Below, piece by piece: positions 1-12,944 of a DNA stretch of 64,000 nt; the first letter of the stretch is position 1; every line of letters begins with the position of its first letter. The notes below the pieces were generated by a model. That model was not told where the DNA came from. It made no database searches and saw nothing but the letters and a program-made list of their open reading frames with translations. The DNA comes from Mobula hypostoma (taxonomy: Eukaryota): the NCBI RefSeq assembly GCF_963921235.1, contig NC_086108.1, positions 107,324,001 to 107,388,000 of the forward strand, given 5' to 3'. The position numbers were made by a program, and so were the translations under genes.

Positions 1-474
1 TATAACATATATTTACAACAGGGCAACAATACCATAACTTGATGAAGAAGTCCATGAGCACAGTAAAAAGTTCAAAATCTCTCAAATGTCCCACATCTCA
101 CGCAGATGGGAGAAGGAAACTCTCCCTGCCATACCTGACCACAGTCCGATTCTGAGTAATCCGAAAACTTCGAGCCTCGGAATCAACTCTCCGACACCGA
201 GTACTGAGCGCCATCTCTGTCTGAACGATTCAATCTCAATCTTGGTCGCCAACAGCAGGCAAACCCGGGGATTTTGAGGCCTTCCCTCCGGAAGATTCCC
301 GACCGCGCAGTAACGACAGCAGTGAATGAGCGTTTCAGAAATTTCTCCAGATGTTCCTCTGTGCTTTCCCATCCGTCTCCATAAAATCAGAATTGTCCAC
401 GGCCCCTATTTAACGATATCATTTTTTACCGGAGGGCTGCGCGTACACGGCGCACTGCTGTCTCTCCTCCCGCC
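1..474 (-). mobile_element. Non-coding retroposon family A, copy 1 (3' end cut by window start)
   Basis: Colinear with 36090-36748, 39171-39838 and (opposite strand) 55367-55992; shared blocks such as AAATTTCTCCAGATGTTCCTCTGTGCTT and AAATCAGAATTGT. Confidence 0.85.
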
Positions 475-592
475 ATAACAATACTCTTTGTGTTGTCAAT
501 GACGGGGAGAGCTCTGTCCATATAAGTAGAAAACAGGTTATATTTCCCCAGGTTGCTGTTAATGTGTGTCCTTTCCTGGGCTCAGTGACACT

Positions 593-1260
593 AAATACAC
601 GAGATTCTGCAAATGCTGCAAGTCTTGAGCGACACACACTAAACGCTGGAGGAACTCAGCAGGTCAGGAAGCGTCTACGGAGGAGAATAAACAGTCGATG
701 TTTTGGGTTGACACCATTCAAAAAGGCAGGAAAGGAAAGGGGGGGAAAGCGCTGTGGTAGCTTATTAAACACAATGCTATTGCAGTTCGTGGCATTCCCA
801 AGTTTAATTCCGGCACAACCTGCAAGGAGTTTGTATGTGCTCCGGTTTCCTGTCAGACACATGGGTCAGTAGGTTAATTGATCATTGTAAATTGCCCGGT
901 GATTAGACTAGGGATAAATCGGTGAGTGGCTGGGTGGTGTGGCTCGTTGGGCCAGAAGGGCGAGTTTCATGCTGTATCTCAGTAAATAAATAAAACAAGC
1001 CAGAATAATAAGGTGAGAGGGGGAGGGGAAGGGGTACAAGCTGGCAGGTGATAAGTGAAGCCAGGTGAGGGGAAAGGTGGGTGGGTGGGGGAGGACTGGA
1101 AAGAAATCAGAAGCTGAGAGGTGATCGTGGAAAAGGTAAAGACTGAACAAGAAGGAATCTAATAGGAGAGGACAGTGGCCCATGGAGAAAGGGAAGGAGG
1201 AGGGGCACCAGAGGGAGGTGGTAGGCAGGTGAGGAGAAGAGAATAGGTAAGAGGGGAACT
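593..1260 (-). mobile_element. Penelope-like element 3' terminal region, split by a V-SINE
   Basis: GCTGGAGGAACTCAGCAGGTCAGG terminal motif and purine-rich tract matching the reverse complement of the region downstream of the GIY-YIG ORF at 9500-9945. Confidence 0.75.
750..995 (+). mobile_element. V-SINE-like tRNA-derived SINE (degenerate)
   Basis: GGAGTTTGTATGTGCTCCGGTTTCCT central domain, AGTAGGTTAATTGATCATTGTAAATTG, tail GCTGTATCTCAGTAAATAAATAAA. Related copies at about 3645-3905(-), 6150-6400(-), 25960-26230(+), 52350-52560(+). Confidence 0.7.
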
Positions 1261-1351
1261 AAAACTAAAAATGTGGCTGAGAAATGATGTGGGCTCATGT
1301 GTCGCAGCCAGCAGGAATCATCCCCTTCAAAATGGCTGTTTTTCCTTTGTA

Positions 1352-1384
1352 ACACACAAACACTCACACTCACACACACACACA

Positions 1385-1426
<42 letters not shown>

Positions 1427-2140
1427 CACACACACACACACTCACACACACACACTCACACTCACACACACACACACACTCACACTCACACACTCACACT
1501 CACACACACGCACGCACGCACTCACACACACACTCACACTCACACACACACACGCACTCACACACTCACACACACACACTCACTCACATACACACACACA
1601 CACACTCACTCACATACACACACACACACACACACTCACACACATACTCACACTCACACACTCACACACACTCACACACACACACACTCACACTCACACA
1701 CACACTCACACACACACACACTCACACTCACACTCACACACTCACACACGCACACACACACACTCACACTCACACACACACATACACTCACACACACACA
1801 CGCACTCACACACTCACACACACACACTCACTCACATACACACACACACACACACACTCACACACACACGCACTCACACACTCACACACACACGCTCACT
1901 CACATACACACACACTCACACACACACACACACTCACACACACACACACTCACTCACATACACACACACACTCACACACACACACACTCACACACACACA
2001 CTCACTCACATACACACACACACTCACACACACTCACACACACACCACACACACTCACACACACACACACTCACTCACATACACACACACACTCACACAC
2101 ACACACACTCACACTCACACTCACACACACACACTCACAC
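1352..2140. repeat. Long imperfect (CA)n/(CACT)n microsatellite
   Basis: Directly visible; produces the spurious His/Thr-rich ORFs 1271..2191 and 1297..2172. Confidence 0.98.
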
Positions 2141-3059
2141 AAACTGCTGGAGGAACTCAGCAAGGCAGATAACATCTATAGGTGGGAATAAGCGGTCGGT
2201 GTTTCAGGCCAAAACCCTTCAGTGATGCTCAAGATTTCCAGCAGCTGCAAAGTTTCTTGTGTTTGGTTTTTTCCTTTCTAAGAATAAGAATAAGAATACC
2301 TTTGTTGTCATTGTTGTGGAGCAATGAAACACAGTTTAGCAGCTCAACGTTTTGCAGCACGACAAAGAATATATACATAAAATAAACTCTAAAATCTCCG
2401 GAGTGCAGTCCAAAATTAATAATATATGGATGGTGGTAGGGGGGGAATACTTTTACAAGTATTTCTTACTTACTGTACTGCCCATTATACCGCTGGTGTT
2501 TCGGGCAGAAATAAAGGTCATCCATCTCTGTCTGTCCTCAGCCATCTTCTCCATTGTGCCCCAGGCATGGTTCAGGGTCAACCATGGAAGTCCCTGGTGG
2601 AGACTCAGGAATATTGTTGTGCACAGATGTAGAAGGATTCTTCATTGCTCTTTCTTTAACAGTTTTGTTCGACTATTCAGGGTTGTTAGCCTTGAGCTGA
2701 ACCCCAGAACCTGGAGGACTGGTGGACGACTGTTAGTCTGGCCTCTATCCTTTGATCTGTTTACCAAAAGCCAAAGCATAAAGCCTTGACTCCTGCCAGC
2801 ATCACTCTCCGGGTCATTGAGGCACACAAGTCTCCAAACCCCATGACAAGTGTTTCTAGGAACATTCTTGAAAGTCGCCAGTGAATCTTCTAGTAAAGCA
2901 CCGTGTAATAATGGCTCCTCTTTCTGTGATTAGTAATGGCTCCCCCAGGTTTGGCTTCCCTGAAGGCAAAGAAGTAAATGTGGAAAGGCCAGATGACACA
3001 AAATTCCACCCATTAACAGGAATGACCACGTCTGCTTTCGAATGAGGCATTCCAGTGTA

Positions 3060-3420
3060 CCCATGTGTGTGATGATGTGTGTATGAGTGTGCGTGTGTGT
3101 GTGTGTTTATGTCTATGCTTCCATGTGTTTAGAGTCTGGTGTGTCTGTGGGGAGTGTGGAATGTGGGCTGAGCAGATAATTCTCTGTGCATTTCTGCACA
3201 CATCTGCTTACGTGAACGTACTTTATGCCCGTGTGTTTCTGTAAGCAATATACATTCCCTTTGTGTTTCTGTACATGCGTGTGCAGATACGTGTATTTGT
3301 AGTGTGTATCTACTCATCAGCACGTGTGTACGTTTATGCATGTGTGCAACTGTACAGGTTTCTGTGTGTGTGCATGTCTGTGTCTGTGTATCTGCGTGAT
3401 TTTCTGTGAGCGTGAGAGAG
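3060..3420. repeat. Degenerate (TG)n-rich low-complexity tract
   Basis: Directly visible. Confidence 0.85.
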
Positions 3421-3644
3421 AACACATAATACCAACAATATGTAAAAACTCGGATTGCTTGAAACAGATGAGGGAATTGCACAAACGCTCGGCAGATCAG
3501 GCTGCGTCGGCGGGGAGAAGGTAATGTTTCAGGTCAAAGCCTCCTTGTCAAAACCATGAAGTTAGAAACCAAATATGATTTAACTTGCAGAGAAGAGGGG
3601 AGGGCTCCCCTCTCTCCGTCTATGCTGCATTTGTAAACTCTTTT

Positions 3645-3905
3645 TGTACTTTTTATTTAGAGATACAGCACGGTAACAGGCCCTTCCGTCCCAACAACCT
3701 CGCAACACCCAGTTACACTCATGTGACCAATTAACCTACTAACCCGTATGTCTTTGAATGATGGGAGGAACCAGAGCCCTGGAGGAAACCCACACAGTCA
3801 CGAGGAGAAAGTGCAAAGTCCTTGCAGGCTGAAGCGGGAATTGAACCCTGACTGGCGATCGCTGACAGTGTAAAGCGTTGAGCTAACTGCTATGCTACTG
3901 TGCTC
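3645..3905 (-). mobile_element. V-SINE-like SINE
   Basis: TGACCAATTAACCTACTAACC and GGGAGGAACCAGAGCCCTGGAGGAAACCCAC are the reverse complement of the V-SINE core. Confidence 0.75.
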
Positions 3906-4127
3906 ACCAAACACATTCCGTGTCAAACTCTGGTCATTCTTTCACTTGAACTGTTAAACCAGTTCCTCCCTGCAGAGATGCTGCCTGACCTGTTTAGTAA
4001 TTCCAGCATTTCCTGGTTCATTTGAGATTTCCTCCAACTGCAGTAGCTTTTACAATCCTTTCATAGATCAAAAGTTCAATATATTTTATTATAAAAGTCT
4101 GTATACCATGATTACTTAAGCTTATTA

Positions 4128-4700
4128 TAGCCAAGGGAGGTAGTAGGGATAAGCTCCCGTGATCTACTAAATGCACCCAATGGCATGTGACTCAAATAAC
4201 CTCCAAAATCCAAGTCCAGCTCCTGGTCTTCACGTGTGACTAGGAGACTAAGCCCAGCGGAACTGCTCCTACTGATAGGAGAAGGGGCAAAGGCAGGTTA
4301 TTAGTGCCTTAAGACCAGTTGCTTTGGGCAGATGGGGCTCACAGCCGTGGTTGGCAGCTCATCTAGGAGAGGGAAAGCTCTGATCTCAAGCCTCTGCTGC
4401 CTTACGGCTATACCCACTCATGGGAAAAACTTTGGGAGTAAACCCCAAGGGAAAAGTCCAGAGCTGAAGTCCGTAAGGCAGTCCTACCTTGAGTTCAACT
4501 CCGACTGGAAACTCCTGCGACACTGCCGGTGCCGAACTGTATCGGTCTCTGCCATTCCTTTGGGATCATCAGATGCATGGAGAAGGGGAGCTTGCTACAT
4601 GAGCAACAGCTTGGTCTCCATATTGTACTACCCAGGCTTACATACCTTGACAGCCGGGACACAATATCAATGGCTGACTCTGACCAAAGGAGGCCTCCAA
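4128..4700 (-). mobile_element. Unclassified interspersed repeat family B
   Basis: Reverse-complement match to 42500-42725 plus 43090-43280 and partly to 56570-56770 (CCGATACAGTTTGGTACCAG / GTTGCCCATGCAGCA blocks). Strand is relative to those copies. Confidence 0.6.
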
Positions 4701-6559
4701 AATGCATACTGTATATAAACTTGAGATTCATCTTCTTGCAGACAGCCACAAAATAAACAAATAATAGGTTCAGTTTAATGTCAGAGAAATGTATACAATA
4801 TATATCCTGAAATTCTTTTTCGTTGCAAATATCCACAAAAACAGAGGAGTGCCCCAAAGAATGAATGACAGTTAAGTATTAGAACTCTAAAGACCCTACC
4901 AGCTTCCCCTCCCATGCATAAGCAGCAGCAAAGCAATAGCCCCCCCACCAGCAAAAAAACATCTGCACCCTCCACCAAGCACTCAACCATGCAACAAAGC
5001 ATCAGTAAAGACACAGAGTTGCAGTACCCCAAAGACTACTCGTTCACCGGTAATTTGACATACCACAGGCTCTCTCTCCCTAATAAGTGAAAAAGAGATG
5101 TCCCCGTTTCACAGCGAGAGGGGAGACATAACAAAACAACTCACTGATTTATGGTGTTAAAAGTCTGTTGCGTCGCTTTTTCCGAGGTCTATGCCCAGAG
5201 ATCTCAGGTCTCTGGGCACACAGCCAGCAGTCAGGTTGCTGCTTACGATCTTCCATCTCCCACGACGCATCAGGCAGCGGTACCGGCCTCGAATCTGCCC
5301 GCCTTCAGAGCCGCGAAATTCTGGCACCATAAAGGCGCGCTAGTCTTCTAGGCTGCATCCTTGGCATATCGAGAAACAGCCAATCGTGAGGGCCCGAGAG
5401 TGGGTCCCACTCCCGCAAAGAGCCGAAGTCAGCGTGTAACTCCAAGTCAGAGTCTTCAAAAGAACCTTGAGAAGGGAAAAAAAGAGATATCAAAGATAGA
5501 AATAGAAATAGAAACATAATAGAATTCACTAAGAATTCCACACCACAAAGGCTCAATTGTGAAAAGGAGAGTAAATCATGCAAACGCTAAAAAAGGGTAA
5601 ATAACACACAGAACATGAAAGACAGTGCCCATGGAAGTGAGTCCGCTCCATGGAGCAAGTTCAGAGCTGAGGTGAGTGAGGTCTCATGGAGTAGTGAGCA
5701 CTCAACAAAAACAGAGGTTTGAAGTATCCAAAACATGCTCTAATAGTGAGGGAGCGGTGTGAGGATCGGCTCTGTCCTTCTCCCACACATGTGCATTGCC
5801 AATAATCTGCTGGGGGAACTCTGTGGAGGGAAAGGATTATTGACATTTTTTGGCAAAAGCCTGAATCAGGACTGGACCAGACAAGATTTGAAACTGGGAA
5901 GAAAGCTCCACTATGCAGCATCGTAAGAGGCTGCAGAGTATTATAGACTCAGTCAACTCCATTACGGACACATTCAAAATGTGATTTCTCAAGAAGGCGG
6001 CATCCATCATTAAGGATCCTCGCCACCCAGAACATGCCCTCTTCTCATTCCTACCATCAGGGAGGCAGTACAGGAGTCTTCCACTCTGCCATCAGATTTC
6101 TGAACCCTCCATGGACCCATTAACCCACCTCATTATTCCTTCATTTTGCCCCATGAGTCACATTACACAGCAACCCACCTATTTAACCCTACTAGCTTAA
6201 TCGCAGGACAATTTACAATGGCCAATGACCTCCTAACCAGTATGTCTTTGGACTGTGGGAGGAAACTGGAGGACCAGGAAGAAACCCACGTGGTTCACAG
6301 TGGGGATGTACCGTTTGTACAAACGCCTTACTGAAGGCACTGGAAGTAAGCTCCAAATTCCAGCACCTAGAGCTACAATACTGTTGTACTAACCACTACA
6401 AGGGGTGTGACACCCTTTGTACCTACCGCTACGGTGACACGCTTTGTACTGTACTGCTGATACAAAACAACAAATTTCACTTCATGTAAGTTAATGATAA
6501 TAAATCTGAATCTAATTTGGATTCTGAGATTTGGTAAGGATGTGGTCAACGAACTGGGG

Positions 6560-7190
6560 AAATGAGGAAATGGAATGTCATGCTGAAGTTGTCTAAGATG
6601 TTGGTGAGACCTAATTTGGAGTATTGTGTGCAGTTTTGGTCACCTACCTACAGGAAAGAAATAAATAAGGTTGAAAGAGAGCAGAGAAAATTTACAGAGA
6701 TGTTGCTGGGACTGGAAGACTTTAAGTTATAAGGAAAAATAGAAAAGGTTAGGACTTTATTCCTTGGAATATAGAAGACAGGGGAGATTTTCAGGAAAAA
6801 GAATTTCAGGATGTATATTATATACATTTCTCTGACATTAAATGTACCTATTGAAACCTGTTGATTTGACAGAGGTACACAAAATTACGAGGGGTTGAGA
6901 TAAGGTAAATGCAAGCAGGCTTCTTCCTTCAGTTAGTCCTGACGAAGGGTCTCGGCCCGAAGCGTCGACTGTACCTCTTCCTAGAGATGCTGCCTGGCCT
7001 GCTGCATTCACCAGCAAATTTTATGTGTGTTGCTTTTTCCACTGTAGTTGGGTTAAGGATGAAAGGTGAAATGTTTAAGGGGACCATGAGGGGAAACTTC
7101 TTCAGTCACAGTGCTATGAGAGTGTGGAACGAGCTGCTAGCACGTGTGATGCATGCAAGCTTGATTTCAATGTTTAAGAGAAGCTTGGAT
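6560..7190 (+). mobile_element. CR1 LINE ORF2 C-terminal fragment with nested short insertions (including Penelope end 6920-7035)
   Basis: Reads LVRPNLEYCVQFWSPTYRKEINKVER, later RGNFFSHSAMRVWNEL; typical CR1 C-terminus. Confidence 0.85.
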
Positions 7191-8122
7191 TGTCATTTCG
7201 AGCATAAGCTGCTGGTACAGTACACAGTAAAAACGAAACAACGTTTCTCCAGGACCATGGTGCTACATGAAACAACATAAAACTACACTAGACTATGTGA
7301 GACAACACAAGGCTACACTAGACTATGTAAAACAACATGAAAACTGCACTGGACTACAGACCTGCACAGATCTATATAAAATGCACAAAACAGTGCAGGG
7401 CAGTACAATAATTAATAAACAAGACAATAGGCACAGTAGATGACAAATTACAATATAATAATAAAGGATGTAGATGTCAGTCTAGACTCTGAGTATTGAG
7501 GGGTCTGATAGCTTGGGGGAAGAAACTGTTGCACAGTCTGGTTGTGACAGCCCAAATGCATCGGTACCTTTTGCCAGATGGCAAGAGGGAGAAGAGTTTG
7601 TATGAGGGGTGCATGTGGTCCTTCACAATACTGTTAGCTTTGCGGGTGCAGCGCGTGGTGGAAATGTCTGTAATAGCGGGAAGAGAGACCCCGATGATCT
7701 TCTCAGCTGACCTCACTATCCGCTGCAGGGTCTTGCGATCTCAGATGGTGCAATTTCTGAACCAGGCAGTGATGCAGCTGCTCAGGATGCTCTCGATGCA
7801 TCCTCTGTAGAATGTGGTGAGGATGGGGGGTGGGAGATGGACTTTCCTCAGCCTTCGCAGAAAGTAGAGACGCTGCTGGGCTTTCTTGGCTTTGGAGCTG
7901 GTGTTGAGGGACCAGGTGAGATTCTCCGCCAGGTGAACACCAAGAAATTTGGTGCTCTTAATAGTCTCAACGGAGGAGCCGTCAATGTTCAGCGGAGAGT
8001 GGTCGCTTCATGCTCTCCTGAAGTCAACAACCATCTCTTTTGTTTTGTTCACATTGAGAGACAGGTTGTTGGCTCTGCACCAGCCTGTTAGCCGCTGCAC
8101 CTCCTCTCTGTATGCTGACTCA
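7190..8122 (-). mobile_element. Rex1/Babar-type LINE, 5'-truncated RT C-terminus and 3' UTR
   Basis: ORF 7477..7716 (SAEKIIG..FSLLPSGKRYR..NSFFPQAIR); close inverted homolog of 43790-44990. Confidence 0.85.
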
Positions 8123-8734
8123 GGCACTGTCTGAAAGGAGTTTGTACGTTCTGCCATGACTATATCTGTTTCCTCTGGGTGCCTCCAGTCAGTATAGGCC
8201 CGGAGCTTTCAACCGCTCCTTATGAGTTAACCCTTTCACTCCTGGGATCATTCTCATGAATTTGCTTTTCACTCTCCCAATACTAGCATATCTGTTCCCA
8301 AGACTGTTCACAATGTACTCAATGTGGTCTGACCGTAGCCTTATAAAACCTCGGACACCATGGCACAAATGATCAAGTAAGGAACATCGGCTATGGATGG
8401 AGGCGGCTATATTTCATTTGGAGTTTGAGTTCACTTGGTGTGACACCAAAGAATCGCAATTTTCTCCAGAGCATCTTCACTGTCTGGTATGGAGAGACCA
8501 CTGCACGGGAAAAAGCTGCAGAAAGCTGAAAACTTAGCCAGCTCCATCATGGACACTAGCCTCCACAGCATCGAGGACATGTTCAGAAAGTGACGCCTCA
8601 AAAAGACGACACCCTTCAGGAAGGCCTCTTCTCATTGCTACCATCAAGGACATGACTCAACATTATAGGAACGGCATCTCCCTCTGCCATCATATATCTG
8701 AATTGATAAATGTACACTACCTCACTACTCACTG

Positions 8735-9945
8735 ACTCTCACAACTACCACCCCACCAGCCTCCACGTCCAACACATAATTCTGTAATCTCCAATGGGAT
8801 CCCACCACCAAGCACATCTTTTCCACCCCACAACTTTCTGCTTTCCACAGGGATCACTCCCTACGTAATTCTCATGTTCTCATCAAGGACGCTCCTGCGG
8901 TGAAAGGTGAAGAGGAGCAGGCGGCAGGAGAGGAGAAAGACGAGGAATGCAACGCTGAGGCCTGTGACCAGGACTCCACAAGGAAACAAGCTGCAAGTGA
9001 GCTTTGCCACTAACGATGACTAAAAGGAGTTGGGTGTCACAAGGCAGAGTCAGTATTACATGAAGCATGGAAATCCTAATTATGGTGAAATGAAGGGGAT
9101 TCTGTCCCTCCTGACACCTATCTTTGCAAGTGGAATAAGTGCTACACCTTCCTCGACACCTCCTCCCTCACTACTATTCAGGGCTCCAAACAGTCCTTTC
9201 AGGGAAGCCACACTTCACCTGTGAGTCTGTTGGGGTTATCTTCTGTATTCGGAGTTCCCGGTGTGGCTTCCTGTATGTCGATGTGACCCAACGTCGACTG
9301 AGAGACCACTTCGTCGAGCACCTATGCTCCGTCCACCAGAAAAAGCAGGATCTCCTAGTGACTACACATTTTAATTCTACTTCCCATTTCCATTCCGACA
9401 TGTCAGTCCATGGCCTCCACTACTGCCACAAAGAGGCAACACTTAGGTTGGAGGAGCAACACCTTATATTCCATTTGGGTAACTTCCAACCTGATGGCAT
9501 GAACATCAATTTCTCAAACTTCCAGTACTGCCTGTCCCCACTTCACCATTCCCATTCCCTTTTCCCTCTCTCTCCGTATGTCCTTAACTGCCCATCACCT
9601 TCCTCTGGTGCTCCTTCCCCTTCGCTTTCTTTCCTGGCCTTCTGTCCTCTCCTATCAGGTTCCCTCTTTTCCAGCCCTTTATCTCTTTCACCAATCGACT
9701 TCCCAGTTCTTTACTTCACCCCTCTCCCCCTCCCAGTTCCACCTATCACCTACTACCTTGTACTTCTTTCTCCCCTCCCCCCACCTTCTTATTCTGACTT
9801 CTCTCCAGTCCTGATGAAGACCCTTGGCCCAAAATGTTGACTGTTTACTGCTTACCACAAATGCTGCCTGACCTGCTGAGTTCCTCCAGCATTTTGTGTG
9901 TGTTGCTTGGATTTCCAGCATCTGTAGATTTTCTCTTGTTTGTGA
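8735..9945 (+). mobile_element. Penelope-like element: linker, GIY-YIG endonuclease and 3' terminal repeat (degenerate)
   Basis: ORF 9139..9840: FTCESVGVIFCIRSSRCGFLYVDVTQRRLRDHFVEH..HFN..H..LRLEEQHLIFHLGNFQPDGMN fits the PLE GIY-YIG pattern; upstream DPTTKHIF linker at ~8800. Confidence 0.88.
8881..9104 (+). pseudogene. NCBP3: NCBP3 (C17orf85, nuclear cap-binding protein 3) coding fragment with in-frame stop
   Basis: Frame from 8955 reads LRPVTRTPQGNKLQVSFATNDD*KELGVTRQSQYYMKHGNPNYGEMKGIL, matching my recollection of vertebrate NCBP3 LRP..GNRLFMRFATKDDKKELGAARRSQYYMKYGNPNYGGMKGIL; TAA at 9021-9023. Confidence 0.88.
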
Positions 9946-10540
9946 TTGGACTGCCTCACTGATCTTTTGCTCTCTTTTGCACAACTTATTTAATTTATTT
10001 TTTATATTTTTATTGGAATTTCTACTTTTTATTATTATGTATTACAATGTATTCCTGCCACAAAACAACAGATTTCACAGCATATGCCAGCAATATTAAA
10101 CCTGATTCTGGTTTAAACTTCTCTGTTTAGTCTCCAAATAGACATATCAGCTCAGCACAGTAAATTCAGCACAGCTCCACCTTGATTCCTGATATGGCTC
10201 GGACCTTTCTTGTCAAAGTAGACCTACCTTGATCCTTATCCACTAAGATCCTGATTTCATTTTCGACAAACTATTTAAATAATAGGTACTCCAGGCTATT
10301 TTCATGAATGATAAATCCGCCAGTTCTGGAGATGGAGTTTTGGAATCTCTCAGGGTTGAGCTGATGAGATTAAAAAACATTTACAATATTACCACAGCAG
10401 GACTCTAAGCAGAAAAGGAGATTAGCAATTCAGCGCGTCTAATCCACTGCAGAACGCAATCTTAGTAATAAACTGTAAAATCACTCATTTAATTGCAGAA
10501 TAAGACATGTGCGGAGGGGTCTCTGAGTGGGGAATAATTA

Positions 10541-11075
10541 CACACAGTGGCCACTTTATTAGATACTCCTATACACTTGCTTGTGAATGTAAATATCTAA
10601 TTAGTCAATCATGTGACAGCAACTCATTGCGTAAGAGCATGCAGACGTGGTCAAGAGGTTCCGTTGTTGTTCAGACTAAACATCAGAATGAGGAAGAAAT
10701 GTGATCTCAGTGAGTTTGACTGTGAAATGATTGTTGGTGCCAGACGGGGTGGTTTGAGTATCTCAGAAACTGCTCATCTCCTGGGATTTTCACACATAAC
10801 GGACTCTAGAGTTTATAGAGAAGGGTAAAAAACAAAAAAAAATCGAGTGAGCCACAATTCTGTGGGTGAAAATGCCCTATTAATGAGGGAGGTCAGAGGA
10901 GAATGGTCAGACTGGTTCAAGCTCACAAGACAACAGCAACTCAAATAACCACACAACAGTGTTGAGTAGAAGAGCATCTCTGAATGCACAACATGTCAAA
11001 CTTTGAAGTGGATGGGCTACAGCAGCAGAAGACCATGAACATACGCTCCAAGGCCAGTTTATTTGATACAGGAAG
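10541..11075 (+). mobile_element. Tc1/mariner internally deleted relic
   Basis: TA then CACACAGTGGCCACTTTATTAG terminus; transposase N-terminal HTH MRKKCDLSEFDCEMIVGARRGGLSISETAHLLGFS..SRVYRE (ORF 10613..10828). Confidence 0.85.
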
Positions 11076-11085
11076 TATATCCCTG

Positions 11086-11683
11086 TGTAACACACTAGGA
11101 GAGGTTTCACTGCCAACGTGATGGTCTTTCTGTAGAAGCAGTGTTTGGATTATGGTTAAAGATAATGGGTGCTTTGGAATGTAAGCCATCAAATCAGGGG
11201 AGTGGGTTTTTGTGTTGTGTGCCTGATATCGGTGTGAGCTGGGGTCCTTTGCTCGGCGAGAGATGAAGAGAAAAGACGCTGGAGAGAAACAGTCGTAGGA
11301 TTCGACCCGGTGGGAGACCATGATTCGATAGAGCGAGGTGCTGAGGTCAACTGCGGACCGATGAGTATTGCTTTTGGGAAGAGTTGAGCTCCAACTTGAA
11401 CACATTTGGTTGCTTAATTCTATTGGGCCCTTTTTGTCTTTTTTTCTTTCTTTTCTTTATTAACCCATTAGTTAAGTTACGATTCATAAATGTAACTCCT
11501 TTAATCGTATGCAGTGTGCTGTCTGTTATTTCTCAGCACTGAGTTGTAATAGGGTAGCAAATTACACAGCCTCCACACAAACTGAGGATTGGGGTGGTAG
11601 GGCCATCTCAGTTTCAGGGGTTTGGAGGGAACGGAGTGTGTATTCCCTCGACTTACACAGCCAAGGAAACCAACGGGGTTTCA
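11086..11683 (+). mobile_element. Solo LTR related to the PNMA-gag Gypsy LTR
   Basis: TGTAACAC...GGGGTTTCA termini; start GTTTCACTGC and internal TGAGCTCCAAC shared with the LTR at 17712-18256. Confidence 0.7.
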
Positions 11684-12282
11684 TCTACTTTTCATTTGTG
11701 CTGCTACCAGTACCATAGAGTCAGAGAGTCATAGAACACAATAACATACAAATAGGCCCTTCAGCCCATCTAGTCCATGGCAACCTATTATTCTCCTTAC
11801 TTCCCTCAACCTGAACCCTGACCATTGCCCTCCATAAACCTCCAATCCAAGTACTTGTCCAAATTTGTCTTAAATGTTGAAATCCAATGCACATCCACTA
11901 GTTCCACTGGCAGCTCGTTACACACTCTCACCACCCTCTGAATGATAAAAGTGCCCCTTCACTTTCACCTTAAACATTTCACCTTTCACACTTAACCCAT
12001 GACATCTAACTTTAGTCTCACCCAAAATCAGAGGAAAAAACAGACGAGAAGGTAGAAAATTCCACGTTCATTACAAAGAGTGATAAATCTTCTTTGCGCA
12101 TACAGGTCTCAAAGGTCAGGCTAGCTTGCCTCTGCGTCTCCAGACTTTGGCCTCTCAAACTCCCAAACTCTCAGACATTAAGTCTTCATCTTTCACCTTC
12201 TGGCCTGGACTCCCAGAGTTGCAGACATTGGAATTCCAACCTCCAGTCTCTGTCCCAGAATTGCCCTCTACTTCCAGACTTA

Positions 12283-12940
12283 CCATAAGACCATAAAACA
12301 TAGGAGCAGAATTAGGGCCATTCAGCCCATCGAGTCTGCTCCGCCATTCCATCATGGCTGATCCCGGATTCCAGTCAACCCATACACCTGCCTTTTCGCC
12401 ATATCCTTTGATGTTCTGACCGATCAGGAAACGATCAACTTCTGCCTTCATGGACTTAGCCTCCGCTACAGTCTATAGTAGAACATTCCAGAGATTTACT
12501 ACTCTCTGGCTAAAAGAAAATCCCCCTTACCTCTATTCTAAAGGGTCACCCCTCAATTTTGAGGCTGTGCCCTCTAGTTCTGGTTACCTCCACCATTGGA
12601 AACATCCTCTCCACATCCACCCTATCTAGTCCTTTCAACTTTCAGTAGGTTTCATTGAGATCCCCACACATTCTTCTAAATTCTAGTGAGTACAGGCCCA
12701 AAGCTGCCAAATGCTACTTATATGTTAACCAGTTCATTCCCGGAATCATCCTCGTGAACATCATCTCGACTCACTCCCATGACAACATATTCTTTCTGAG
12801 ATATGGGACCCAAAGCTCTTGACAATACTCCAAGTGCTGTCTAACTAGTGTCGTATAAAGCATCAGCCTTACCTCGTTGCTTTTATATTCTATTCCCCTT
12901 GAAGTAAGTGCTAACCTGGCATTTGCTTCCTTGATTCTAA
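12283..12940 (-). mobile_element. CR1 LINE 3' end
   Basis: SRGIEYKSNEVRLMLYTTLVRQHLEYC (ORF 12771..13037) and (TAAGACCA)-type 3' tail with terminal hairpin. Confidence 0.85.
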
Positions 12941-12944
12941 GATT

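Noticed and set aside
750..830. tRNA gene
   Set aside because: Decayed SINE head; no complete cloverleaf.
1271..2191. 306-aa and 291-aa His/Thr-rich ORFs
   Set aside because: Translation of a (CA)n/(CACT)n microsatellite that cannot contain stop codons.
4128..4270. HDV-like ribozyme at the end of family B
   Set aside because: Could not assemble P1/P3/P1.1 in the required order from this copy.
8881..9224. Functional NCBP3 exon
   Set aside because: In-frame TAA at 9021, substitutions at conserved-looking residues, no flanking splice sites, embedded in a TE.
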